Source: Candidatus Pacearchaeota archaeon
GTDB taxonomy: Archaea; Nanobdellota; Nanobdellia; Pacearchaeales; UBA284
Length of the DNA stretch: 64,000 nucleotides
Assembly: GCA_026395795.1 (NCBI GenBank)
Contig: JAPLYB010000040.1
Coordinates: forward strand, 5,464 to 69,463
Reading direction: 5' to 3'
Both the position numbers and the translations under genes were made by a program. Positions within the stretch are counted from its first letter, which is position 1, and each line of letters starts with the position of its first letter. Positions 49,801-58,517 of the stretch are shown here, one piece after another. The notes under the pieces are model-generated. The model worked only from the letters and a program-made list of their open reading frames with translations, was not told where the DNA came from and made no database searches.

Positions 49801-52577
49801 GCAATATCCCAACAAAAACAGTAAAATCTCCTTTAACAAATATTATTTATGATACTACAAAAACCTTTGAACAAAATAATTTTGACAAGCAAGCTAAAGA
49901 TGCGATTAAATTTGTTGTTTCTGTCGGAGTTATTGTCATAGCAGGAATAATTTCTGGAGGAACAGGCGCAGCAGTTGCTGGCTATTTAATAGAAGGACTT
50001 GGAGCAACTGCAACTTATGCAGCAACTTGTGCATTTGTAACAAATGTTGTTGTTTTTAGCGTTATAGCTTCTTATGGAAATGCTGCAATTCAATCTTCTT
50101 TTGAAAATGAAGATATCTTAACTGCATGGAACAATGAAATTGGCTGGAATCCTGAAAAAGGTCAAATTGGACAAAAATTTGTAAGAGATATTTCTTGGAA
50201 TTTCGTAATGTTTGGAGTCTTGCAAGGAACAAGCCAGTTTTTTAGAGAATGTAAATTCAATTATAATGCTTATAGCACATTAAAGACACAAGGATTGTCT
50301 GAAACAGAGATAAACTCTTTACTGAAAACTTCTGATGGAAAATTATTAGTCTCCAAATTTCTTGGCTCTGGAACAGGACAATTGCTTGCTCCAGTTTCTG
50401 AATTGGCTATATTTGATTTAATTGGGATAGGGCAACAAGGAACAGAAGTTGTTTTATCAAATGAGCTTTCTAAAGATGAAAAATTACAAGCAATAAAACA
50501 GTCTTTAGAACCATCAAGCATAGCAAAAATGTCTATTGATAATGCCAAATTTTTAATTGGACTTAAAACGGCAAATTCTGTTTTTTACAGTTTGACAAAA
50601 TCAATGCAATTAACAAATGAATTAAAGGCAAATTATCCACAAATGGAAGCAACAAGACAAGCACAATTAAAGGAGCTTGTCTCAACTGATTTACAAATCA
50701 GAGATAAGCTTTATGAATATGTCCAACAACCAACGAATGACAATCTAAGACAAAAATTAATCGACTTACAAGGGCAGGCACAACTTTTAAGGCAAAGTGC
50801 ATTAAGCCAACTCGGGAATTCTCCAGAAGATATACTGTTAAAATCAGAAATTTTGGATAAAGCGGGGAATGTTCCATTTACTTCTAGTAAAACATATCAG
50901 TTAGCTGAAAGATTAACCATTGATTCAAGAGTTGAAAGAACTTTCCTTTATGATGAAAAAAATCCAATAACAAGAGAAAATTTAGAAGAAATATTCCCCA
51001 ACGCTTTAATTCTAGAAGGCAAGGATAGAATCTTTACAATAATTAAAGAGGGAAACTCGTGGAATGTTGCAAAAACAACAGCAAGCGCTGAACAAATAAA
51101 TGCAGAAAAAAGTTCAGCAGAAACTTATAAGAAAACTGTTGTTGATGCGCCAGGAGTTGGAATGCTGGCGCTTCCTGCCTCAAATACCGTTCCTATCTCA
51201 GAAATTATGCAAAAATACTCCAATCAGGGAGTTGTTTTTATACACGCCTTAGACCCAATCGGTTTTAGCGGATATGAATCTTGGAGTTTAATAAGAAAAG
51301 GAGTTAGTTTGCAAGACAGGATGAATATTCTTTTAGGTTTAGAACCGTATATCGCAGCCTCAACAATTACACCAGGAGTTGGAGATAAAATCTGGAAAGG
51401 AATCGGCGTTATATTAAATGGAGGAGATATTACCTATGCATGTCCTGGCTCTGCCTGCTCAATATCAAAAGGAATATATGACCGAGTAACTTCTATCGGT
51501 GCACAAATTCCAAGAGGGCAATTAGATACAGACATAGATGTTGCAGTGAAGAGAGAGTATGAAAGCCCCACCACTCTTTCATCAGAATATTTGATAAAAG
51601 AGTATAATGAATTTGGGGTTAAAAATCCCAAAGTTGCGGCATTTTATATATCATTGGATTCTAAATTTAAGAATAGTATATCCACCTCTACGGCATTGAA
51701 GTATATACAAGAAATCTGTGCTAATCTGGGCTTGCCATTATATACTATCAAAGACGGAAGAATTTACGAAATAAAGAGCATAGAATATAAAACAAATAGC
51801 AATGGCGATTCAATTAGTTGGGAATTTATTCTTGGTAAGGAAATTTCAAATCAAGAAATTCTTCAAAGTGATTTTGAATTGTCTCCTCAAAATAAACAGA
51901 AGATGATGAGAGATTTATTTGCAATCTTTCCATTTTCAAATAATGAAATACAATTATACAGAATGTGGAGTATGGGCAGAGAAGCTTATATTGATATAAA
52001 TTCTTTAAAAAATCCTTCTGAATTTGAGGGGGAAAAGATTAATGTTAATGGAGAAGTAAACATTGCTTATATAATAAAAAATGGTCAGATTTTTAAGTCA
52101 GCTAGCACAACAACTTCTATGGGATTATGGGAGAATTATGGATTTCCTCCCAAAGCGATTTCTTTAAGATTAAATGGTGGATGCTTTACTTTTTTATTCA
52201 GTCCCAGAGAAATTCCACATCCCTCATCTAGACCTCCCCTTCTGGAAAGCAAGGATTTCTTAACTTCTATTCAGTCTCTTTCTAAATCAAAATTAGAAGA
52301 TGTAACGCGAGAAGATTTAGCTTATGCATTGTATGGATTCGGTGAAGAAGCAGCAAAACATAAGGATTTTGCAACCCAAAAAGTTGCATTTGAGATGGCA
52401 GAAAGAATGGGTTTTTCTGAAGCCAAATATGAAAATATAAGAGACTCTAGAGGATTTTTAAATAATGAATTTAAGATGTTCTTAGAAGACTTTAGTGATA
52501 AAGATGTAGGATTAGTAAAGGAAAAAATTGCAGCGGTATTTGGCTATATCCCTAGAGAATTTTATAAAAGTGAATAA
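46887..52577 (+). CDS. 1896-aa exported protein with polymorphic-toxin-like architecture
   Basis: Signal peptide, beta-rich N-terminal region, LysM-like motif, helical/coiled region, Gly/Ala hydrophobic hairpin, distinct globular C-terminal domain. Confidence 0.75.
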   Translation: MKRKTNQQMIKSVISMFIIILIISTTFSSSVQIAKADETLNPEQSTKLLELLHDKTSASAYFSNKANFNQDPFLSQAYFGNISTSTFSFWRDKNLVYNSQNNEISNSKFVINLNDFYQDSLFFYGDKSIELNGNKIYGNAYISKANDTFEETFILKTNFPNLDKILVTFKSNNATINITPDSLVFQGHVVVDVFLKTKRKISFESFSITKINKDLKIESRDSSLTLSKIFEPTQNNFEFYFPEHKFQGTSIIFFKNASIDSIDKAQLINSSYFDDNFYANYNSGFFSYTLNKQNLFFNSKPTTSGIFIDSNKITARGIFSIFIDKSRLNINSENGNSVLEYSWTKTNDNYNYEYSANGNLSIDTRDYSTRGDLKISEKTTDNIKNLDVSLQSSQSAVLKIKVYSDDSYFSEALDIPITLKKSTSSFLIDEKTLKQITELKTKNGIGLYYSKIKVTTGNNVLNIDPETSWFNTIQIDKSITGQTIINIIGKAIQNNPETEPEGKFNVLSPDQVSQEIGQVNDEIWIDGVQNAKLETFARALREAKWQQASSILSGFKSSGDETNLAIYSRIKENDPILVEQLESNQFSSTFFKNLANSIDYLKKSETAEQEYSNIQKQFSAKNLKYDVSPVELECKNKYLLYNRFQIISQSGENSEQSPVEYKASEIASSIGVSVYQLYQLNKDQLLGAIYDFDKNEIIDSKTNEPFLFNENITFLAPDTPLTLSAKEQFVESLRTQVYASRYYKTAYSGIKSLTTADEDARQQVDNLNNQIANDKKVYAFHKFLRDNQIDKKIHDKKYSEASQLLDKYPEKSFVSQYIKEKLQDKEIDFSQGDIYAMPIDEQTPGFGFTGMIVANTETFSRNPLIQTLMGVDSSVKSGLESGIIKNFREQLGLNKESLLDSDALELLASYNALEEYTNKYKQIEVGINDKTIIPSEALEEEIAIINQKIADYTKKSDNLWFNAYRKFMLSSSNIPTKTVKSPLTNIIYDTTKTFEQNNFDKQAKDAIKFVVSVGVIVIAGIISGGTGAAVAGYLIEGLGATATYAATCAFVTNVVVFSVIASYGNAAIQSSFENEDILTAWNNEIGWNPEKGQIGQKFVRDISWNFVMFGVLQGTSQFFRECKFNYNAYSTLKTQGLSETEINSLLKTSDGKLLVSKFLGSGTGQLLAPVSELAIFDLIGIGQQGTEVVLSNELSKDEKLQAIKQSLEPSSIAKMSIDNAKFLIGLKTANSVFYSLTKSMQLTNELKANYPQMEATRQAQLKELVSTDLQIRDKLYEYVQQPTNDNLRQKLIDLQGQAQLLRQSALSQLGNSPEDILLKSEILDKAGNVPFTSSKTYQLAERLTIDSRVERTFLYDEKNPITRENLEEIFPNALILEGKDRIFTIIKEGNSWNVAKTTASAEQINAEKSSAETYKKTVVDAPGVGMLALPASNTVPISEIMQKYSNQGVVFIHALDPIGFSGYESWSLIRKGVSLQDRMNILLGLEPYIAASTITPGVGDKIWKGIGVILNGGDITYACPGSACSISKGIYDRVTSIGAQIPRGQLDTDIDVAVKREYESPTTLSSEYLIKEYNEFGVKNPKVAAFYISLDSKFKNSISTSTALKYIQEICANLGLPLYTIKDGRIYEIKSIEYKTNSNGDSISWEFILGKEISNQEILQSDFELSPQNKQKMMRDLFAIFPFSNNEIQLYRMWSMGREAYIDINSLKNPSEFEGEKINVNGEVNIAYIIKNGQIFKSASTTTSMGLWENYGFPPKAISLRLNGGCFTFLFSPREIPHPSSRPPLLESKDFLTSIQSLSKSKLEDVTREDLAYALYGFGEEAAKHKDFATQKVAFEMAERMGFSEAKYENIRDSRGFLNNEFKMFLEDFSDKDVGLVKEKIAAVFGYIPREFYKSE

Positions 52578-52726
52578 AAGAAACCGAGAGCCTCCGCGAA
52601 ATGGAATTCGTGGCAAAATCTTGTCTATTGAACTTTTATCAAAGAACTAAACCCTAGACCGGTCTTAAGTGAATGCAACTTAAAAAAATTACAAACGAAA
52701 AATGCTTCAAATTTAAGTCTTTATTT

Positions 52727-53242
52727 TTAAGCGTGGATTATACCCTCAAGTCTTTCTTTGCTATATCTAGTCTCTAATTCACTATCAACGTCTTGTTCAG
52801 TTCTAGTTAGTTGAGTACCAAGACTTTCATCTCCACTTAAACTATTATATTCGTCAAACTTTGTGGCATAAACCCTTAGTTCTCGTATGTTTCTTTTATT
52901 TTCTTGTTTTGCGCGTTTTTTATCTAAACTTTTTCCCTTTGCAATTCCGATTGCCGTACCAGAAATACAACCAACAAGACCACTGAATCCCATCAAAAAT
53001 GGAATGTTAATTGGGGTGTATTCGGGATAAGAAGAACCTCCCGGGCTGATATTCATGAGTATGCCTATCCCTATTCCAGCCAAAGTCCCCAAAACTGCGC
53101 CAGTAACACCACATGCTCTTGCTTCATATGGTTTTTTTGTTTTACATGTTCCTATTTTTTGTCTATAAACTGCTGTTCTATAAGCTTGAATAACTTCATC
53201 CCTTCTTGAAGGGTCATAAATATCTAGGTTTTCTGTTGTCAT
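52727..53242 (-). CDS. 2-TM glycine-zipper-like protein (paralog B)
   Basis: YDPSR..., GAVLGTLAGIGIG, FD..N.LS..E.L shared with its neighbour. Confidence 0.7.
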   Translation of the reverse strand: MTTENLDIYDPSRRDEVIQAYRTAVYRQKIGTCKTKKPYEARACGVTGAVLGTLAGIGIGILMNISPGGSSYPEYTPINIPFLMGFSGLVGCISGTAIGIAKGKSLDKKRAKQENKRNIRELRVYATKFDEYNSLSGDESLGTQLTRTEQDVDSELETRYSKERLEGIIHA

Positions 53243-53781
53243 CTTAAATTTGCCTCCAATTCCATTCTTTCCCGTTGTTCTTCGAATCTAGCTTTTTCAT
53301 TTATCCCTATTTGTTTAAATAGAGCAACAAGACCTTCACTTTCAGAAAGACCATTCACTTGATCAAATTCTTGAGCATATTGTTCAAAATAATCAGTTTG
53401 TGATTTGTTTTGTTTTATTGCGGCATTCTTATCTGCTTTTCTTCCTTCTAAGACTCCGAATATGCTACAAATGGCTCCAATACCGAGACCACCTAACAGA
53501 AACTCAAGATTAAAATTTGGGTCTGGAGTAGAATAACTTTGATAAGGTCCAGTTGAAACTGCACCAATGGCAAGAGTCTCCAAGAATAGTCCACCCAAAG
53601 TTCCAAAAAGACCAGCCTGAAGTCCACCAGCGATTGCTAGCTTATGATTTTTTACATTATAATTTCCAGTCAATCTTGCGTTAATTAAATCTGTATAAGA
53701 ATTTTTCATTTCTTGCCATCTTGATGGATCATAGACTCCTCTTGATTCTTGCTCTTGTATAAATTGATTTTTCTTTGTCAT
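53239..53781 (-). CDS. 2-TM glycine-zipper-like protein (paralog A)
   Basis: YDPSR..., GLFGTLGG, FDQVNGLSESEGL; 4-bp overlap with paralog B. Confidence 0.7.
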   Translation of the reverse strand: MTKKNQFIQEQESRGVYDPSRWQEMKNSYTDLINARLTGNYNVKNHKLAIAGGLQAGLFGTLGGLFLETLAIGAVSTGPYQSYSTPDPNFNLEFLLGGLGIGAICSIFGVLEGRKADKNAAIKQNKSQTDYFEQYAQEFDQVNGLSESEGLVALFKQIGINEKARFEEQRERMELEANLR

Positions 53782-53883
53782 TTTAATCTACAATCTCTAA
53801 GTATTTAGGGTTTATAAACTTTTCGTTTAATTATCTCTTTATAGTAGTAACAAAAGTATAAACCCTAAAAAGTTAATAAAAAG

Positions 53884-53908
53884 AAAAAAGGGCTTTCGCC
53901 CTTTTTTT
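53884..53908. terminator. Bacterial-style intrinsic terminator (bidirectional)
   Basis: AAAAAAGGGC-TTTC-GCCCTTTTTT; GAAA loop plus U-run on the minus strand, right at the stop of 53907-54185. Confidence 0.75.
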
Positions 53909-54185
53909 AATCCTCGCCAAATCGAATGATTTGGTATTTTGTTCGAGGATCTGTTGCAGATTGCCTGCGTTTTACTCCACACGCATTCTGCCAGACTTTT
54001 CTTTTCTGGTTCCATCTAAAGCCAAGTTCTTTCAAGAACGAAAGTTCTTCTTGGCTTAGTCGCTGTTTGAACTCAGCCCAAATCCATAATCCTACTGCGT
54101 AGCAGTTTCTTACGAACTCTGGATTGTGCTTTTCAATAGCTTCTATCACTTCAATCTGTTTTGGATTTTCTTCATCGTTTTCCAT
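53907..54185 (-). CDS. Small mobile-element protein with G.WIW...LKELGFRW..K.K.W motif
   Basis: Motif recalls small domains in plasmid/phage early or polyvalent proteins; perfect SD AAGGAGGT upstream. Confidence 0.65.
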   Translation of the reverse strand: MENDEENPKQIEVIEAIEKHNPEFVRNCYAVGLWIWAEFKQRLSQEELSFLKELGFRWNQKRKVWQNACGVKRRQSATDPRTKYQIIRFGED

Positions 54186-54193
54186 TTTTCAAA

Positions 54194-54543
54194 TTACCTC
54201 CTTTCAGCTTTTTGCTAAATTTATTTATCATACCCGACTTGAAACGAACTGATTTTTACATTTTTAGAAAAAATTATCTCTGGAAGAATGACGAGCTATA
54301 ATTTTTACGACCCTGCACCTTTCTGAAGCTTGCGAAAGAAAGACAAAGCAGATAAGCCCGAAGCCCGCGAAAATTAGGATTAAAGCGAAGCGTGTCTTGT
54401 GGGAACCCTCTGGGGCTAGACTTAATCTTTATTTTCGGGCTGGCGAGGAATAGCTTATTTGCTTTAAGGGGAAAAATCTAAAATGAGGGAGTTTAGGGTA
54501 TGTAAGATAAATAAATGAAAAAAGCGACAAAAAGGAGTGTAAG
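54194..54543. other. ~350-nt nested imperfect inverted repeat (fold-back element)
   Basis: CTCCTTT/AAAGGAG, ATTTATTTATC/GATAAATAAAT, CATACCC/GGGTATG, AAAGCAGATAAGC/GCTTATTTGCTTT and AGCCCG/CGGGCT pair in nested order. Confidence 0.75.
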
Positions 54544-54780
54544 AAAATAGAAACTAGAAAATGCAATTAGTGAATAGAATCTATCTTTAAAGACAGAGTT
54601 CTGAATAAGGAGTGCAGTAGGTTGGATTTGGGCGTAGAAAAGATTAAAAAGAAGGAGTAACAGAGGCTGTATTGGTGCGTTAAAGGTTGGTAAAGGGGGT
54701 TAAAAATGGAAAATAGTTTAAAAAAGAAAGTCTTAAAAAGTAGAAAATTGATAGTTATAATAGGAAAAGAGAGAAAAAAG

Positions 54781-55674
54781 ATGGTTAAAAATATAAATCT
54801 TAATCTAAGATTTCTAAAAATTAACTATCTAAATAATATTTGTTATTATATCAAAGAAAAAAATCCTAAAGAAGTATTTACTTTAAAACTAATAAATTTT
54901 TTCAAAGAAAACTTTGATAGTAAGTCTATATTTAATTTTCAAGGGATGAACTATCGTTTTGGAGCAGTTGAAATTGGACAAAATCATATTTGTGGTAAAT
55001 TGTGGGAATTAAAAAAGAAACATGAAAAAGATTATCCTTGGACTGGAACGGATTATGAAATAAAACCACAGCTTGGAGCAGATTATCGTTTTGCTTGGTT
55101 TTATATAGACATTCAAACAAAACATTTAGTTTTACAGGATGAAAGAGATTTAACTCCAGATAAAGCTATTCAAGTTTTATGCTCATGGTTTGATGATTTT
55201 CATGGAATAAAAGAAGGGATAAATATTCAATACCTCAAAAGTAAAAAAGACTTTTTAAATGAATTGAAAGAAGCATATAAAATAGTTTATGCTAAATTTA
55301 TTTTGTATCCTAGTAATTTTGACTATGATGGTATAAGCAAACCATTAGATGATAGTCTTCATGCTTTAGAAATAAGTGAAATGAAACAAGAAATAAAAAG
55401 TAATAATGGGGTTAAATTGGAATTAGATAAGCCAAATGTTTTTTCTTCTTCGTTGGCTCAGGCATTAAGGGGTAATGGTAAAGACCCAGAAATAAAAACT
55501 CAAGATAAAAAAGGGAATATTACTATATTAACAAAAAAGATGAAGCATATAAAAAAGCAAATTCAAGGGTTTAAAGATATAAATGATATTAAGAAAATTA
55601 AACCACATCTTATTGCACAACTCAAAGAAGTTATTAAAGAAATGGATAATAAAAATGAAAGCAAAAGTGATTAA
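54781..55674 (+). CDS. DUF4747-like protein (putative defense component)
   Basis: F.ID...KHLVLQ, KF.LYPSN and RGNG pattern; paired with a 4-TM gene. Confidence 0.55.
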   Translation: MVKNINLNLRFLKINYLNNICYYIKEKNPKEVFTLKLINFFKENFDSKSIFNFQGMNYRFGAVEIGQNHICGKLWELKKKHEKDYPWTGTDYEIKPQLGADYRFAWFYIDIQTKHLVLQDERDLTPDKAIQVLCSWFDDFHGIKEGINIQYLKSKKDFLNELKEAYKIVYAKFILYPSNFDYDGISKPLDDSLHALEISEMKQEIKSNNGVKLELDKPNVFSSSLAQALRGNGKDPEIKTQDKKGNITILTKKMKHIKKQIQGFKDINDIKKIKPHLIAQLKEVIKEMDNKNESKSD

Positions 55675-56140
55675 AGAATTTTTTAAAGCTAAGGCATTTA
55701 CTATTTCAGTGGTTATACTCTTACTTTATGCAATATTTTTTCATGGTAAAATAATAATTGATAAAGACAACTTAGAACACATATTTGGTTTTTTTCTTAC
55801 TCTATTTCCCTTAATAATAGCAATATTTACAATATTAATATCGTTTACAGATAATAAGTTTTTGAAATTCTTAAAAGATACAAAGGGAGCAGATAAAAAG
55901 ACGAGCATATATGATGAAATACTTGCTTATTTCATTATTAATACTATTTTAAGTTTGATAGCAGTTTTAATTGCTGGATTTGTCTTTTGTTTTAAACTAT
56001 CTGAATATGCTTTCTTGCAGTATATAATGATTTTTGTTTTTTCTTATACCATAATTTCATTTATTCAGTTAATCAGATTTATATTCTATTTTGCTAAGAA
56101 AAAAGCAGATTTTGTTAGTATAACTGAGAAGACATTTTGA
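55655..56140 (+). CDS. 4-TM membrane protein, partner of the DUF4747-like gene
   Basis: Four hydrophobic helices; overlaps the upstream stop codon. Confidence 0.7.
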   Translation: MKAKVIKEFFKAKAFTISVVILLLYAIFFHGKIIIDKDNLEHIFGFFLTLFPLIIAIFTILISFTDNKFLKFLKDTKGADKKTSIYDEILAYFIINTILSLIAVLIAGFVFCFKLSEYAFLQYIMIFVFSYTIISFIQLIRFIFYFAKKKADFVSITEKTF

Positions 56141-57044
56141 TAAGTTCCAACCACTTATTATTCTCCTTCAACTTCAAATCAGTAGCCAATTCATAAGGTC
56201 TTTTATTGATAGCTTGATTTATCCTTATGAAATTATAATAAATCTCATAACCTTTCAAGATTAAATTAGCACTTCTCAAGCTTCCATGAAAACCACGAAA
56301 GACCTTAGTTCTCGCTCTTACATTATTATGCAACCTTTCAATAGGATAATTAAAAACATCTTCTTGTTTGCTTGTAACAACCCTATTATGAAAAACACTT
56401 TGTTTGCCCTCTTTCAAAGAATAACCAAAAACTTTCTTTACTGCTCCAATATAAGCATTTAAACCATCTGTTGTAACCATTTGAATTTTATTAGTTGTTC
56501 TTTCTTTTGCAGAGCTAATTATAGCAGTTATCTTCTTCTTACTTCTACATTTTGAATATTCAGAAGCTATCATAAATCTAGTAGTTGGGCAAACCCCATC
56601 TATAAAAAAGTTTTCTTCTGTTCCTTTAGATTTATGGCTTTTTCTTCGGTGATATTCAATTTCATCAAATTGTATTTCTTCTGAAATGTTTAGTCTTAAC
56701 TTATCTGTAAATTTACTTATAACCTTAGCATACTTCCAAACCCATCTTAGAATAGTTGAATGGTCTGCGTTATGTGGGAAGAACATGCCTAGATGTTCTT
56801 GAGTTCCACGAGTAGAAGCACCCCGATAAAATAAATCTACTGCCTGTGTTATCTTCTGTGGTGAGTTTCTCATTCTGAAAAAGCCATCATCAAGGGTAAA
56901 AGTTTTATTACAATCTTTACATTTATATCTCTGTATAAGCCCTCTATTTTCTGTTTTTCTTGTAGTCCATTTTATAGTATTCTCGGACTTGCAGAAGCGA
57001 CATATTATTTTATTCTTGGTATTTTGTGTTTCCATTTTATCCAT
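56115..57044 (-). CDS. DDE transposase, archaeal IS6/IS240-like with N-terminal Zn ribbon
   Basis: CRFC...QRYKCKDC, IQFDE, VTTDG, NYPIERLHNNVR. Confidence 0.88.
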   Translation of the reverse strand: MDKMETQNTKNKIICRFCKSENTIKWTTRKTENRGLIQRYKCKDCNKTFTLDDGFFRMRNSPQKITQAVDLFYRGASTRGTQEHLGMFFPHNADHSTILRWVWKYAKVISKFTDKLRLNISEEIQFDEIEYHRRKSHKSKGTEENFFIDGVCPTTRFMIASEYSKCRSKKKITAIISSAKERTTNKIQMVTTDGLNAYIGAVKKVFGYSLKEGKQSVFHNRVVTSKQEDVFNYPIERLHNNVRARTKVFRGFHGSLRSANLILKGYEIYYNFIRINQAINKRPYELATDLKLKENNKWLELIKMSSQLY

Positions 57045-57046
57045 TT

Positions 57047-57120
57047 ACCTTATAGGTATAACCTATTAAGTAATATTGACTATTTAAATCTTTCGCTTTG
57101 GGTATAACTTAATAGGTAAG
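57047..57120. promoter_or_regulatory. Paired palindromic sites between divergent promoters
   Basis: TTACCTTATAGGT-ATA-ACCTATTAAGTAA and a related GGTATAACTTAATAGGTAA ~45 bp away. Confidence 0.55.
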
Positions 57121-57148
57121 TTTATAAACCATAAAAATATATATCTAT

Positions 57149-57316
57149 ATGGCAGAAATAAAAATTGAGGTAATGTCCTATAAGTGTGACAGATGTGGTC
57201 ATAAATGGATACCAAGAAATAAAAATAAACCGATTATATGCCCACTTTGTAAATCACCTTATTGGAATATACCTAGAAAAATCTTTAAAAAGGCGGAAAA
57301 TAAAAATGCAAAATAA
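57149..57316 (+). CDS. 55-aa Zn-ribbon protein
   Basis: Not in ORF track. MAEIKIEVMSYKCDRCGHKWIPRNKNKPIICPLCKSPYWNIPRKIFKKAENKNAK; overlaps the MTase start. Confidence 0.8.
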   Translation: MAEIKIEVMSYKCDRCGHKWIPRNKNKPIICPLCKSPYWNIPRKIFKKAENKNAK

Positions 57317-58517
57317 AAATTATCTTGATATTATACTTGCAAAAAGCAAAAAACATCTAATATCTGAATTGGGTATAGCAGAAACTCAAAAGTTTATAGA
57401 AGAAGTTAAATCAAAAATAACATCTAAAGAAAATAAAGAGATTATTAAGCAATTTAATGAAATATATACTAAAAGAATTAAAGACAAATATCAAAAAGAT
57501 ACAAGCCCAGAATACGATAAAAGACTTTTTAGTTTTATAAAGAATAAAAATAACAAAATAAAAATAGTTTGGGGGGATTGTTATGAAAACCTAAAAAAAC
57601 TTCCTTCTGAAAGTGTGCATTTAATGGTTACTTCTCCGCCTTATTATAACGCAAGAGAATATTCGCAATACGGGGATTTAAATAAATATCTTGAAGATAT
57701 GAAAAAGATAATTACTGAGTGTTATAGGGTTTTGGACAATCATCATGTTTTTGTTTTTAATGTTGGCGATATTTTTGATAATGATAATTTAGTTAGTAAA
57801 TCGGTTTGGGGGGATAGAAGGTTGCCCCTTGGGGCTTACTTTATTAAGATATTTGAAGATGTGGGTTTTACTTTTGTTGATGACCTTATCTGGGATAAGG
57901 GAGAAGTAGAAAGTAAAAGGCATAAAAATGGGAATACTCCTTATCCATTTTATCAATATCCTATGAATTGCTATGAACATATTTTAATTTTTCATAAGCA
58001 TAGATTAGATACTACTCATTTTCCTTGCCCTGTTTGTGGCACATTACAAGTAAATGGAAATACCCAATCAGAAATAGGTTTAATGTCTTGGGAATGTAAA
58101 AACTTAGAATGTTTTGAGAGAAGTGCTAGTGACAGAGGAAAAAGATTTTCATTAAAAACTAATATGACTCAAAGTCCATCAATCAGAGAAGGTAATGAAG
58201 TGCCACATGATTTAATTAAAAAGTGGAGACGGGACATAACTAAATTTTCTCCTGTAATAAAAATAAATAGCAAAGGAGAAAACAAATTAGGGCATACAGC
58301 ACCATTCCCAGAAGACATACCCGAAATGGCAATTTGGTTTTATACTTATAAGGGGGATATAGTGCTTGACCCATTTGCAGGAAGTTTTACTACTTGTATA
58401 GTTGCTAATAAATTAAGCAGAATTGGGGTTGGAATGGAATTAAGAAAAGATTTGTTTGAGAAAGCTATAAAAGATAATTTAAATAAGAAGAAACAGGATT
58501 TTGAAGTTTTTAAATAA
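57306..58517 (+). CDS. Site-specific DNA methyltransferase (beta class, SPPY, likely N4-C) with a Zn-ribbon insert
   Basis: VTSPPYY before H.APFP and DPFAGSFTT; likely ATG 57306. Confidence 0.92.
   Translation: MQNKNYLDIILAKSKKHLISELGIAETQKFIEEVKSKITSKENKEIIKQFNEIYTKRIKDKYQKDTSPEYDKRLFSFIKNKNNKIKIVWGDCYENLKKLPSESVHLMVTSPPYYNAREYSQYGDLNKYLEDMKKIITECYRVLDNHHVFVFNVGDIFDNDNLVSKSVWGDRRLPLGAYFIKIFEDVGFTFVDDLIWDKGEVESKRHKNGNTPYPFYQYPMNCYEHILIFHKHRLDTTHFPCPVCGTLQVNGNTQSEIGLMSWECKNLECFERSASDRGKRFSLKTNMTQSPSIREGNEVPHDLIKKWRRDITKFSPVIKINSKGENKLGHTAPFPEDIPEMAIWFYTYKGDIVLDPFAGSFTTCIVANKLSRIGVGMELRKDLFEKAIKDNLNKKKQDFEVFK

Noticed and set aside
57186-57305. Extended N-terminus of the MTase given in the ORF track
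   Set aside because: This stretch is better explained by the Zn-ribbon ORF 57149-57316 in another frame; MTase likely starts at 57306
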